64,000 nt of DNA from an uncultured archaeon (GCA_000965745.1 CP009479.1:1888001-1952000); one strand, 5' to 3'. Positions 9,086 to 19,029 are shown, counted from the stretch's first letter. Made by a program: numbers and translations. Notes: generated from the sequence alone by a model not told the origin.

Positions 9086-10240
9086 ATGAGCGGGGAGGAT
9101 TCTGATACTTTTTCATTACTGAGGCAATCAGTAAGGCAGTTTATAGAGAAAGAGGTAATGCCTGTGTCACAGAAAATAGACAAGGAGGATTACTTTCCGT
9201 TGGACCTGTTTAGAAAAATGGGAAAAATGGGATTCCTTGGTGTTACCATCCCTCCGGAATACGGGGGTTCTGGAATGGATTATACTGCACAGGCGATCAT
9301 AGAGGAAGAACTTGGGTATGCATCAGCATCCCTTGCACTTTCATATGGTGCTCACAGCAATCTATGCCTGGATAACCTTTACAGGAACGGAAGCGAGCAG
9401 CAGAAGGAGGAGTATGTTCCCAAACTTGCTCGTGGAGACTGGATTGGATCCCTGGCACTTACCGAGCCCGGGTCCGGGTCTGACGCCCTTGCCATGAGAA
9501 CTAGCGCAGAAATACAGAACGGAACCTTTGTGTTGAATGGGAGCAAGACCCTAATCACCAACGCACCTTATTCGGATGTTTTCCTTACCTATGCCCGTAC
9601 CGGTGACAGCTATTCCGCTTTTGTGGTGCTGTCAGAGGATAACGGTTTCTCACGGGGAAAGAAGTTTGATAAGATGGGGATGCGCGGTTCACCCACCGGT
9701 GAAATATTCTTCGACAATGTTAAGGTCCCGGAATCCAGGCTGGTAGGAAATCTGAATGGTGGCAAGGATATCATACTGAGCGGCCTCAACGTTGAAAGAG
9801 TAATACTTTCATTCATTTTTGTCGGGCTCGCAAGGAGGGCACTGGAACTGTCCGTGAAATATGCTACCGAAAGAAAGCAATCCGGGAATTACCTGCATGA
9901 ATTTGAGATGATACAGGACAAGCTGGCAGTCATGTATACAAAATACCAGACAAGCAGGCTTATGGCGGACAGAGCGCTCAATGGAATCAAGGAGGACAAT
10001 ATGAACGTAATGGATGCTGCAGCGGCCATATACCATGTTGCTGAATCGGCGGAGTATATCGCACGCGAGGCCGTACAGATCCATGGCGGAATAGGCTATG
10101 TAAGAGAAGGTGAAGTGGAACGGCTGCTCAGGGACGCTATCCTGGGCCAGATTGGTGCAGGGACAACTGAGATAAGGAAGAAATTGATTGCCCAGGGCCT
10201 TGTTAAAAAGTATAAAAAGCAGGGAAGAATATCGGATTAG
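9086..10240 (+). CDS. Acyl-CoA dehydrogenase (isovaleryl-CoA dehydrogenase-like)
   Basis: LSYGAHSNLC, ALTEPGSGSD, KMGMRGSPTGE, QIHGGIGY and IGAGTTEI motifs. Confidence 0.9.
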   Translation: MSGEDSDTFSLLRQSVRQFIEKEVMPVSQKIDKEDYFPLDLFRKMGKMGFLGVTIPPEYGGSGMDYTAQAIIEEELGYASASLALSYGAHSNLCLDNLYRNGSEQQKEEYVPKLARGDWIGSLALTEPGSGSDALAMRTSAEIQNGTFVLNGSKTLITNAPYSDVFLTYARTGDSYSAFVVLSEDNGFSRGKKFDKMGMRGSPTGEIFFDNVKVPESRLVGNLNGGKDIILSGLNVERVILSFIFVGLARRALELSVKYATERKQSGNYLHEFEMIQDKLAVMYTKYQTSRLMADRALNGIKEDNMNVMDAAAAIYHVAESAEYIAREAVQIHGGIGYVREGEVERLLRDAILGQIGAGTTEIRKKLIAQGLVKKYKKQGRISD

Positions 10241-11259
10241 TGTTATGCATTCTCTGCGGAAGCAAGGAAGAATACGATAGGGGAATATGCAAGGATTGCA
10301 TAGCTGATAAGCTTTCCCTGAGTGTAAACGGCACATTGGACCTGACAGAATGCCCTAAGTGCGGTTCAATGAAGGTCGGGAACAAATGGTATGCCGACAA
10401 CCAGCAGAAAGTTCTCGCAAAAAAAGTAAACCAGATGATTGGCCTGAACGATCCCTCCTTCGAGAAATATGTTGATCCTGGCGATGTGATGATTTCCCAT
10501 GACGGCAAAAACACGTTTGTGAGAATCTCCCTGAAAAAACCCGATTTTTCAGATATTGTTCAAGATGTAAATATACCAACCAGGCGTCTGAGGAACAGCT
10601 GCCTCACATGCAACAAGGTTACAGGGTCATACTATGAGGCCATACTCCAGATAAGGACCCTGAATTCCGAATACAACAGTCTTGTACAATACGTAAAGGA
10701 CGAAGCCGTGCATATTATGAGGGGACTGAACAGGAAAGACCCTGAATCATTCATTTCAACCGTGGCAAAAGTACCGGAAGGGCTCGATATATATCTTGGC
10801 AAGCGGGCCGACGGAAACAGGCTCGCGAAGCATATTCTCGACAATTACCTTTCAACGATGAAGGTCTCGAAAACTCTGGCAGGTGTGAAGGACGGCGCTA
10901 AGTTCTACAGATTCACCTACGGTGTAAGGCTAGCTTCTCTCGACAGGGGCTCTGTAATCTCGCTGAACGGCAGCGATTACCTTGTCCTTGGAACGGGGGC
11001 TGCAGGCCTTGATGTAATCAACACAAGGAATGAGAAGAGGACCAAGATTTCTAAGAGCGAGTTCTTTTCCTCTGATGTGAGGATACTTGAGAAAAATCCG
11101 AGGAAAAGCACCTTCATTGTAGTCTCAAAGGAGGCTGGTGAACTTCAGCTGATGGATAAAGAAAATTACAAAATGATCACCATGAAGGGAGATACAAGCC
11201 AGGAGGAAGTTGAGCTGTTCAACTTTGACGGAAAATACTACCTTCCTGACCGGGCGTAG
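10240..11259 (+). CDS. nmd3: NMD3-family ribosome biogenesis protein
   Basis: CxxC pairs (CILCG, CKDC, CPKCG, CLTC) followed by SYYEAILQIR; GTG start. Confidence 0.88.
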   Translation: MLCILCGSKEEYDRGICKDCIADKLSLSVNGTLDLTECPKCGSMKVGNKWYADNQQKVLAKKVNQMIGLNDPSFEKYVDPGDVMISHDGKNTFVRISLKKPDFSDIVQDVNIPTRRLRNSCLTCNKVTGSYYEAILQIRTLNSEYNSLVQYVKDEAVHIMRGLNRKDPESFISTVAKVPEGLDIYLGKRADGNRLAKHILDNYLSTMKVSKTLAGVKDGAKFYRFTYGVRLASLDRGSVISLNGSDYLVLGTGAAGLDVINTRNEKRTKISKSEFFSSDVRILEKNPRKSTFIVVSKEAGELQLMDKENYKMITMKGDTSQEEVELFNFDGKYYLPDRA

Positions 11260-11289
11260 GTTAATTTATTTCATAGACATTGTGGGTTT

Positions 11290-12555
11290 ATGAGGATAAA
11301 AGCGGAATGGGACAGACTTAGAGATGTTATGATCCACAGGCCAGGCATCGAAATTGAATATGCCATGCTTGCTCCCAGACCGTTTTTGTTTGAACGGCCT
11401 TTCCGGACGGATATAGCCATCAAGGAACATGAGAATCTTGAGCAGACGTTGAAGGAGAATGGCGTTTCAGTAAAACTCCTGAGAAACGTTGTAGTCGACA
11501 AGGCAAGGAGTGACAGCCAGTTCAGAAAGGACCTCGAGGAAAAGGTCTCCACAATAGTCAAATTTTACGGGAGAGTTGAGTCGTCAAAGAAAGCCATGGG
11601 ACTGTTTTTGAAGAACCTGGAGATTATAGATCCAGTAACACTTTTCCATATTCTCACGCTTGAGCCTTCAATAGACCTCAAGCAAGAGGAAGAGAACAGC
11701 GTAGAATACCCTACAGTATATTCCAACCTGCCCCTGGCGAACCTTTATTTCATGAGGGACCAACAGGCGGTTGGACCGGGCGGGCCGATTTTTGGCAGAA
11801 TGAAAAAACGCCAGCGAATGAAGGAGCCTGAGATCACACGCTTTGTCGTTGAGAAAGCTATTGGTGAGAAAAACACATACAGTGTCGGTGAAGGGGGAAT
11901 ATTCGAAGGGGGAGATTTCATCCCGCTGGGAAGCTTTGGCCTAATCGGCATTGGCCCCAGGAGCAACCGGCAAGGTGCCATGGAAGCCATGTCCTCCGGC
12001 CTTCTTGATTTTGATGAGATCGGAGTGGTGACAAATCCGGTTTATGATTTCATGGACATTCCTGACAGGGACCCAATGGTGAACATGCACCTTGACACTT
12101 ACTTCAATATTCCAGGGGACGGCATTGTAATCAGTTCAGTCGAGCTGTCCAAAAAGGCAAAACTCGAGCTATTCACCAGGGAGTCCAAAGGGAGCTACAA
12201 GCATGAGAAAGAAACAACGCTGTATGACTATATGCTCTCTAAGGGCTTCAGGTTCATTAATCTCAGAATCAGTGAGCAACTGAGCTATTCCTCAAATTTC
12301 CTGACACTAGCTGACAGAAAGATCCTCGCTGTTAACGCGCCTGACGTGCTTGACAAACTTCTGTCTGAAAATGTATTTACTGGCCAGCTCAAGGACCTTG
12401 TGGTATCGGACATAAACAAAAATGGTAAGGAGAATCTCTTCCCCAACAACCCACAGATTGCCCGGGAGGGCATAGACATAATCAGGCTCAATTTAAGCGA
12501 ACTCACAGGAGGGTATGGTGGTGCCCACTGCATGACTGCTGCCCTAAACAGGTGA
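11290..12555 (+). CDS. Arginine deiminase / amidinotransferase family protein
   Basis: AEWDRLRDVMIHRPG, NLYFMRD, FEGGD, MHLDT and GGYGGAHCMT with the catalytic Cys. Confidence 0.85.
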   Translation: MRIKAEWDRLRDVMIHRPGIEIEYAMLAPRPFLFERPFRTDIAIKEHENLEQTLKENGVSVKLLRNVVVDKARSDSQFRKDLEEKVSTIVKFYGRVESSKKAMGLFLKNLEIIDPVTLFHILTLEPSIDLKQEEENSVEYPTVYSNLPLANLYFMRDQQAVGPGGPIFGRMKKRQRMKEPEITRFVVEKAIGEKNTYSVGEGGIFEGGDFIPLGSFGLIGIGPRSNRQGAMEAMSSGLLDFDEIGVVTNPVYDFMDIPDRDPMVNMHLDTYFNIPGDGIVISSVELSKKAKLELFTRESKGSYKHEKETTLYDYMLSKGFRFINLRISEQLSYSSNFLTLADRKILAVNAPDVLDKLLSENVFTGQLKDLVVSDINKNGKENLFPNNPQIAREGIDIIRLNLSELTGGYGGAHCMTAALNR

Positions 12556-12885
12556 ATATTAAACCATCTTGTTGAGAAACAGTGATCTACCTAAAACTGG
12601 GCACCAGTACTGGATGCAAACTTCAAGGAGAGTTCTTTAAGCGCAGTGCCCCCAGGCAATATTGCCCTGTCCACTGAAGAGACCGACAATATATTCAATT
12701 GCTGGCGACTGCCTTTGCAGAGACTGCCTGCAGAAAGCCTCCATCCTTTTTAGGCAGTCGGTTGATGCAGGCTCTGCCTTATTCGATGCCCTCATCAGTT
12801 ACAGAAAAGGCAGATAAGCGGAAACATTTAATTTGAGAAGGCTATTACGCTTACATCACATTCACTATGATAATAGAGGGATTTA

Positions 12886-13536
12886 ATGGCAAGTGACAGA
12901 AGTCAGAGGAAAAGTAAAGATAAGTGGAAGGAGAAGTCCTGGTTCACAATAGTATCACCCGGCTATCTTGGTGAAAAGGAGATAGCTGTTAGCCCTTCAT
13001 ATGACGAAAATGGCATGATTGGGAGGAAAATAGAAGTTCCTGTTTCCGATTTCACTGGAAACTTTAAAAAAGCCAACTCAAAGGTTCTTTTCAAGATTAT
13101 ATCCTGCCAGGGTAAAAAATGCCAGACGATGTTCATCGGCCACTCTGTAAGCGATGATTTCATAAAGAGAATGGTCAGAAGAAGAAAGGAAAGAATTGAC
13201 ATAGTGCGAAACGCAACAACAAAAGATGGCTACACCATGAGTGTCAAGACCGTCATTGTAACGGACGGAAAGCTCACCAACACCAAGAGAGTTGCCATAA
13301 GAAGAACGATTGAACAGTTTCTTGATCAAAAATCAAAAGACATGGGATATGAGGACTTCACACGATACCTTATTGGCGACGACGTGTACAATGATATGGT
13401 TGGCGCTACAAGGGATGTTTACCCCATAAGGAAACTCGAAGTCAGAAAGTCACGTTTGCTCGAAGTGAGCTCCGGTGTAGAAACCACGGTTCCCGATTCC
13501 TCTACTGAGGAAACACCTCCGGAACAGGTTTCCTGA
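12886..13536 (+). CDS. rps3ae: 30S ribosomal protein S3Ae
   Basis: KDKWKEKSWF N-terminus and YPIRKLEVRKS. Confidence 0.95.
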   Translation: MASDRSQRKSKDKWKEKSWFTIVSPGYLGEKEIAVSPSYDENGMIGRKIEVPVSDFTGNFKKANSKVLFKIISCQGKKCQTMFIGHSVSDDFIKRMVRRRKERIDIVRNATTKDGYTMSVKTVIVTDGKLTNTKRVAIRRTIEQFLDQKSKDMGYEDFTRYLIGDDVYNDMVGATRDVYPIRKLEVRKSRLLEVSSGVETTVPDSSTEETPPEQVS

Positions 13537-13550
13537 AAACTGAAACAGAT

Positions 13551-13643
13551 GCCGGGATGGCTCAGTTGGCAGAGCGCCGGACTCATAAGGCCTTAGTGTT
13601 CTGAGAAATCCGGAGGTCTCGGGTTCAATCCCCGATCCCGGCA
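13551..13643 (+). tRNA. tRNA-Met (CAT), elongator-like, with 20-nt intron at position 37/38 (13588-13607)
   Basis: Acceptor GCCGGGA/TCCCGGC+A, D-arm GCTCAGTTGGCAGAGC, anticodon stem CCGGA/TCCGG with loop CTCATA|intron|A, T-loop GGTTCAATCCC. BHB helix CTCA/TGAG with 3-nt bulges. No encoded CCA. Confidence 0.95.
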
Positions 13644-14037
13644 TATCCAAATAAATCTCTGTTGCTTCTAAATACCTCTTAACGAATGGTAGTTTCAGCA
13701 TCAATTTCATGGAGAAGTTCTATTCTACTGTGGCGGTTTAAGGTTGCGGTGCTGTTTTCCTGTCGTTTCATTATTTTCCCTGCCAACTTTCCAGAATGTT
13801 ACTAAGAAGAACAGTATCGCGATCAAAAGATATGCAAGTCCGGTTCTTCCGGCCCTTTCCGGATCATTTCCCACGGCAGTTGGATTCATGGCGCAATCTA
13901 TACTTGGCACCCCCTAATATCCGAAGTTGAAATATGTAACTTCCGATAAGAAAAGCGGAATATTCATGGTACAATATTTATTGGTAATGCTTTCTTTATT
14001 CTGCAGAATCTGCTGGTGTCATAAAGAGGTGGGGTTA

Positions 14038-14283
14038 TCACCCCACAGCAATAGGCTGAGCCAAACTTTTCGGGAATTTCAATCCAACAAGGTGTCCCTT
14101 TCTTGGCAGCACCTTGATTCTAACAGTTCTGGCCGAGATTTTCTTCATGTTTCCAGAAAGATAGTCGTCACCCACATACCTCAATAACCCACCACCCATG
14201 CCTTTCAAGCGAAGGTAATGCATTCTGTCCTTTGCTGAAAGGCCTGATCTTATCTCATATTCATACATTTGAGTCATCCTCAA
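14038..14283 (-). CDS. Small basic hypothetical protein divergent from the HTH regulator
   Basis: Open frame of about 76-81 aa with no recognised motif. Confidence 0.35.
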   Translation of the reverse strand: MRMTQMYEYEIRSGLSAKDRMHYLRLKGMGGGLLRYVGDDYLSGNMKKISARTVRIKVLPRKGHLVGLKFPKSLAQPIAVG

Positions 14284-14378
14284 ACTGACATCCCCTCTGA
14301 GAAGATCAGGTTTATACCTTCGAAGAGAGCCGTCATATGGTGGGACAAAGTATAATATCCTACCACCACTGATTGTTC

Positions 14379-15110
14379 ATGAGTACTTGGGAAGTCTCAT
14401 TCAGAGTAAAGCATGATTATCCATTCATCAGGATGTCAGAGAAACATCCGGGCACAAAGATTTCCATGTGGTGTGTCTGGAACCGGGAAATGATACATGT
14501 GCCGGTCAATCATGAAGATGCGATTTCAGAGATTGACGGGTATGTCAGGCAGATTGGAAGAGCTATTGAAAATTACAAGCCTACAAAGGATGGTTTTGTG
14601 GTAACCCTGACCTGTAGCTGTGACCTTAACCCAAACACATGGGACTTTACAGAAAAAAACAACTGCGTGGATGTTTTCCCATCAGTCTTTCTCGATGGAT
14701 GGGGGTATTACAGGGTCATCAGCTTCAATGAAGATGATGTTAAGAACTTGTTTAAGGAACTGAGTTCACTGGGGCAGGTGGAACTAGTGAGCAAGAGGCT
14801 GTTGGGCATCGACGCACTTCCTTCAACTGTATGGGCAGACAGTTTTTTTTCCAGGATGACAGATCGGCAGATGGAATCACTGGTAAGAGCCTATGACCAT
14901 GGCTACTACACATCCCCAAGGGGCGTAACGACCGATTCCATTGCAACTAGCATAGGAATTTCAAGATCCACGTACGAGGAACATCTTCGCAAAGCGGAGA
15001 ATAGAATTATGGAATCCATAATACCATATCTTAAGCTCTTCAGGGCAGGAGCCCAGAAGCGTGGGGAAATAGCGTCCTTCCGGCCTCCAGTTCCAGAATC
15101 AAGCGAGTAG
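14379..15110 (+). CDS. Bacterio-opsin activator-type (HTH_10) transcriptional regulator
   Basis: C-terminal MTDRQ..SLVRAYDHGYYTSPR....SIA..IGISRSTYEEHLRKAENRI. ATG at 14379 preferred over the TTG at 14373. Confidence 0.88.
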   Translation: MSTWEVSFRVKHDYPFIRMSEKHPGTKISMWCVWNREMIHVPVNHEDAISEIDGYVRQIGRAIENYKPTKDGFVVTLTCSCDLNPNTWDFTEKNNCVDVFPSVFLDGWGYYRVISFNEDDVKNLFKELSSLGQVELVSKRLLGIDALPSTVWADSFFSRMTDRQMESLVRAYDHGYYTSPRGVTTDSIATSIGISRSTYEEHLRKAENRIMESIIPYLKLFRAGAQKRGEIASFRPPVPESSE

Positions 15111-15189
15111 AGTGTCTAACAGGGGCAGGCTCGATGTTGCCCCCATAGACGTGAGTGTTTATATCTGGCCCTATATTCAGCAACTGTCA

Positions 15190-15654
15190 ATGAGGGAGTT
15201 TGAGGTAAGCATTGGGGACATTCGTGATTTAGGGGTTCTGGTTGAACACAGACAGAAGATGTGGAAAGCAATTTACCCTGACAAGGCGGATGCCATAGAC
15301 TCTATTGAAGATCTTACGAGAGAGTGGTTGAAGGACGATCTTTCCAGGGGAACGATGATACCATTCATAGCAAGGACTGATGAGGGCATTGTGGCGGGAA
15401 GCGGTTGCATCATGCTCAAAGAGGACCAGCCCAGGCCATCTAGCCTTAAGATAGATAATCCATACCTCCTGTCAGTCTATACAGAAGAGAAATACAGAAA
15501 TCGGGGGGTTGCTACCAGAATTGTCAGGGAATCGATAGATTGGTCAAAGAAGATGGGTTATGACAGAATGACCCTTCATGCATCCCCGGATGGACGTTCA
15601 CTGTATGAGAGCCTTGGTTTTGCGGCTACCAACGAAATGAGGCTATGGTTCTGA
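15190..15654 (+). CDS. GNAT N-acetyltransferase
   Basis: Motif A VYTEEKYRNRGVA and LHAS.DGRSLYESLGF. Likely start ATG 15190. Confidence 0.85.
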   Translation: MREFEVSIGDIRDLGVLVEHRQKMWKAIYPDKADAIDSIEDLTREWLKDDLSRGTMIPFIARTDEGIVAGSGCIMLKEDQPRPSSLKIDNPYLLSVYTEEKYRNRGVATRIVRESIDWSKKMGYDRMTLHASPDGRSLYESLGFAATNEMRLWF

Positions 15655-15669
15655 AAAATAGGTGATATT

Positions 15670-16176
15670 CTGGCTATTTCTGGTGTAACAGCAAGGGAGG
15701 CAACTATTGACGATTCTGCTGCAATCACGGAAATATACAATACTGGGATTGTAGAGAGAACTGCAACCTTTGAGACCAGGCAGAGAGATATAGGTGAGGT
15801 CAAGCAATGGTTTGACGGCAGGCATCCAGTAGTTGTAGGCGAGCTGAACGGCAGAACAGTATCATTTGCTGCAGCCTCAGAGTACAGTAGCAGGGAGTGT
15901 TACTCAGGCATTGCAGAATTCTCTGTTTACGTGTGCCAAGAGCATCGTGGGATCGGTGCAGGAAATATCACTATGAGAAGACTTGTTGAGGAGTCAAGAA
16001 AGAAAGGATTCTGGAAACTTCTTTCCAGGGTGTTCACTGACAACATTGCCAGCCGGAATATGCTGAGAAGTGTGGGTTTCAGGGAAGTTGGTGTGTATGA
16101 GAGGCACGGAAAACTGGAGAATTCATGGAAGGATGTTGTGATTGTTGAATTCCTCATTATGGAGAACATCAGATAA
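15670..16176 (+). CDS. GNAT acetyltransferase, phosphinothricin/arsinothricin (Pat/ArsN1) type; probable non-canonical CTG start
   Basis: The frame is open from 15655: LAISGVTAREATIDDSAAITEIYNTGIVERTATFET...YSSRECYSGIAEFSVYV...GFWKLLSRVF.DNIASR...GFREVGVYERHG..W.DVVIVE. The ORF track shows only the last 81 aa. A GGTGA SD-like motif at 15661-15665 precedes the CTG. Confidence 0.8.
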   Translation: MAISGVTAREATIDDSAAITEIYNTGIVERTATFETRQRDIGEVKQWFDGRHPVVVGELNGRTVSFAAASEYSSRECYSGIAEFSVYVCQEHRGIGAGNITMRRLVEESRKKGFWKLLSRVFTDNIASRNMLRSVGFREVGVYERHGKLENSWKDVVIVEFLIMENIR

Positions 16177-16215
16177 TTGATATTGTAACCGCAACCAATT
16201 ACAGAGGTTTAAAGC

Positions 16216-16789
16216 ATGAGTGCATTTGGGATATCGGTCATAGGAGAAAAACTCTGGAAAGGTGTAATTTTTGACACTCTGGAGTACAGCAGGATGATCA
16301 GTATTCCTGATGGCTCGGAATTTGCGGGGGGAAACTGTGGCAATGCTGAAGAATGCTCCGTTCAGCGCAAGATATATCATTCTCACGGACTCAAGATTCC
16401 ATACTGCAAGCGCTGAAATTTACCTCTATTCCAGTGACTTGAGAGGGCATCTTGTAATAATGCATTCTGGTGATGCCTGGGTTCTGGATGGCGAAGAGCT
16501 GCCGTCACTGGCAGGATGTACCGATATAGACCTTGAGATGAGCCCCGTGACCAACACCATTCCCATAAGGAGAGTTGCCTTGAAAGTGGGTGAGAAGGAG
16601 GATATATCCGCAGCATGGATAAGATTCCCCTCCTTGGAGATTATGCCACTGAAGCAAAGTTATGAAAGGGCGTCTGATAACAGTTACATATACAGATCTT
16701 CAAACTTCTCATCGGAAATTGAGGTTGATTCTACTGGCATGGTAAAGTGCTATGGTAACGTCTGGAAAGAGATAACTCCGCAGTCTTGA
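16216..16789 (+). pseudogene. Putative glycolipid-binding (DUF1089-like) protein split by a +1 frameshift at a G6 run (16326-16331)
   Basis: The downstream frame has GCTDIDLEMSPVTNTIPIRR, QSYER and EVDSTGMV..YG..W. Removing one G joins it to the upstream frame as ...SEFAG-ETVAML. Confidence 0.65.
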
Positions 16790-16883
16790 AAGAGGAACAA
16801 AAACCAGGATTCAACACAACAGCGGGATCTAGAATATTCATATACTTCAAGTTGCATACATACCAACACGTGGAGATGTTCAA

Positions 16884-17621
16884 TTGGCTGAATATGAACA
16901 GGCAAGTTCTGGTATGGCGATTGAGGTTAACAGCATAGTGAAAAGGTTTGGAGATAAAGAGGCAGTAAGGGGCCTCAGTTTTTCCGTATCGAAAGGTGAG
17001 CGCGTTGCCCTTCTAGGCCCAAATGGAGCCGGAAAATCAACAACCTTGAAGGTTATCGCCGGGCTCCTCAAACCGGAAGAGGGTGAAGCGAGACTGGGAG
17101 GGTACCTGCCCAATCAGCTGGAGGCAAAACGCATGCTTGGCTATCTGCCTGAGGATGCAACGCCTTATATGAGCCTCTCCGTTCGGGAGAATCTTGAGTA
17201 TATAGGAGCTATTAGAGGGACAGAAAACCTCAGAGACAGGGTGAATTATCTTTTTGACCTCCTGGATCTGGGACAGTATCAGAGGACCAAAACCAACAAC
17301 CTGTCTAGAGGCAACAGGCAGAAGCTGGCTTTGGCACTCGCTATGGTCCATAACCCAAGTGTTATAGTGATGGATGAGCCCCTGAACTACCTTGACATTC
17401 CAACGCAGGAAAGGGTGATTGATTCTCTTATGGAGATGAAGGCAAGCTTCCTTGTTTCCACTCACATAATGTCTATTGCGGAGAGGCTCACTGAAAAGGT
17501 CATCATAATTTCAAACGGCCAGACTGTATGGACTGGCGATATACAGGACCTCAGGAAATTTGGCGACCCGAAGGAACCAGTAGAGAAGATAGTGGCGAGG
17601 ATGATGAGAAGTGTTTCCTAA
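16884..17621 (+). CDS. ABC transporter ATP-binding protein
   Basis: Walker A GPNGAGKST, signature LSRG, Walker B VIVMDEP and H-loop STH. Confidence 0.92.
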   Translation: MAEYEQASSGMAIEVNSIVKRFGDKEAVRGLSFSVSKGERVALLGPNGAGKSTTLKVIAGLLKPEEGEARLGGYLPNQLEAKRMLGYLPEDATPYMSLSVRENLEYIGAIRGTENLRDRVNYLFDLLDLGQYQRTKTNNLSRGNRQKLALALAMVHNPSVIVMDEPLNYLDIPTQERVIDSLMEMKASFLVSTHIMSIAERLTEKVIIISNGQTVWTGDIQDLRKFGDPKEPVEKIVARMMRSVS

Positions 17622-19029
17622 ACTCATGAAACTGATAATCAAGAGCCGTTTTTCCTGGACCTATTTTCTCATTATTTTTGTTTTCTTCGCTTACGCAGGG
17701 GTCGCGGTCCTGTCGTCTCAAGCTCCAACAGGAGTTGCTCTTGGAGATTATTACTTCGCAGGGATGCTTGCCCTTTTCTCGGTGGTTTCAATATTGACCG
17801 GTGGCCTCAGCATGACCAAATCAGACAGCGAATTCCTCCTTGTTTCCCCTGTTGAGAGGCGAACCCTTTCCTCGGCACTCTACATAGGGCAGTACCTCTT
17901 CACAGGACCATTGATATTCGTGGCTTTCCTGGTGTACGCCCTTACGGCACCTTACGGGCCTGATGTTAGAATCATATTGTTTGCATATGCAATATTCTTA
18001 AGCACACTGCCTGTTTCTTTGAGCGTAGCAAGTGCAAATCTTCATCTGAAATGGAAACTTTCCGCTGCCGCCCTGTTTGTGGTCTGGGTGTTTTCATTCC
18101 GCCTCGGTTTTCAATATTCACCCGTTTCAATGTTCCAGGGCCATCTTTATTCAGCAATCATTCCCGCGATTTCACTTTCAGTTATTCTGCTCGCGGCCTC
18201 GCTTTTCCTGCTGAGCAGTGATAAGCTTGAATATAGATTGCTTGATCGAAGCGTTGGAAAATCAGAGTACAAACACATCAAGGATTATACAGATATAACA
18301 CCTGAACGGGCCATTTTCAGGTACGGTTTTTCCCGGTTCGAGATGGCTACAAGAACAAACTTTTCCGGTACCCCGACACTCTCCGGGAGGAGAATAAGAG
18401 CAAACTTTGTCCTCGCAGTATTTGTTGTAGCAGCTTTACTGTACGGCTACACGGCCTATCATTTCAACCCTAAGCCGGGCTCATTCATCAACGTGAACAT
18501 AATTACCCTCACTATCGGCATATACCTTGGAGTTTTTCCACCCTTGATAATTTCCGGAAGCACTATGCCAATGGAAAGGGCTTGGCTTTCCTTCACTTCT
18601 ATGAGGCCGAGCAGATACGTTCCACTCCTTACTTTGGCTAAGATGTTTCAGTTGATATATTTTTTTACAGCCTTTGCTGCTGTTGATGTCGCACTGTATT
18701 TCCTCGGCGTATATGGAGCAATAAACAACTTGCTTCTGTTCCTTGTGATAGATCCGCTATTTCTCGTATTTTTCATGGCACTCAACTTCAGGGTTCAGAG
18801 CTACCAGATCAAGGATGATAAACTGATCACTTCAAGGTACAGCGCTTCCCAGTTTATTCTAATACCCCCAATGCTTGTGTTCTTTGCTGTCGCTGGCATA
18901 TCCAGCCTGTTTCTCCTGGTTGATTTGTTCATCATCCCGATTGCTGCAGCCATAGTTGCATTAATCATGCTTTGGAAAGGATTCTGGGACAAGCGCGTTA
19001 ACAAGCTCGTTGAGAAGGGGTTTATATAG
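17611..19029 (+). CDS. Multi-pass membrane protein, probable ABC exporter permease
   Basis: About 12 hydrophobic segments; overlaps the ATPase gene. Confidence 0.75.
   Translation: MFPKLMKLIIKSRFSWTYFLIIFVFFAYAGVAVLSSQAPTGVALGDYYFAGMLALFSVVSILTGGLSMTKSDSEFLLVSPVERRTLSSALYIGQYLFTGPLIFVAFLVYALTAPYGPDVRIILFAYAIFLSTLPVSLSVASANLHLKWKLSAAALFVVWVFSFRLGFQYSPVSMFQGHLYSAIIPAISLSVILLAASLFLLSSDKLEYRLLDRSVGKSEYKHIKDYTDITPERAIFRYGFSRFEMATRTNFSGTPTLSGRRIRANFVLAVFVVAALLYGYTAYHFNPKPGSFINVNIITLTIGIYLGVFPPLIISGSTMPMERAWLSFTSMRPSRYVPLLTLAKMFQLIYFFTAFAAVDVALYFLGVYGAINNLLLFLVIDPLFLVFFMALNFRVQSYQIKDDKLITSRYSASQFILIPPMLVFFAVAGISSLFLLVDLFIIPIAAAIVALIMLWKGFWDKRVNKLVEKGFI

Noticed and set aside
13725-13910. Short minus-strand ORF with one hydrophobic stretch
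   Set aside because: Support is too weak to call: no motif and no clear start context.
15652-15654. Selenocysteine recoding of the in-frame TGA
   Set aside because: The TGA falls in an inter-domain linker rather than at a Cys-equivalent site. No SECIS was seen, and Sec is not known in Thermoplasmatales.
16326-16335. Programmed -1 frameshift at G GGA AAC
   Set aside because: The -1 frame hits TGA within a few codons; the productive frame is +1.
13644-16800. Integrative element at tRNA-Met
   Set aside because: No integrase and no duplicated tRNA 3' end were seen in the window.
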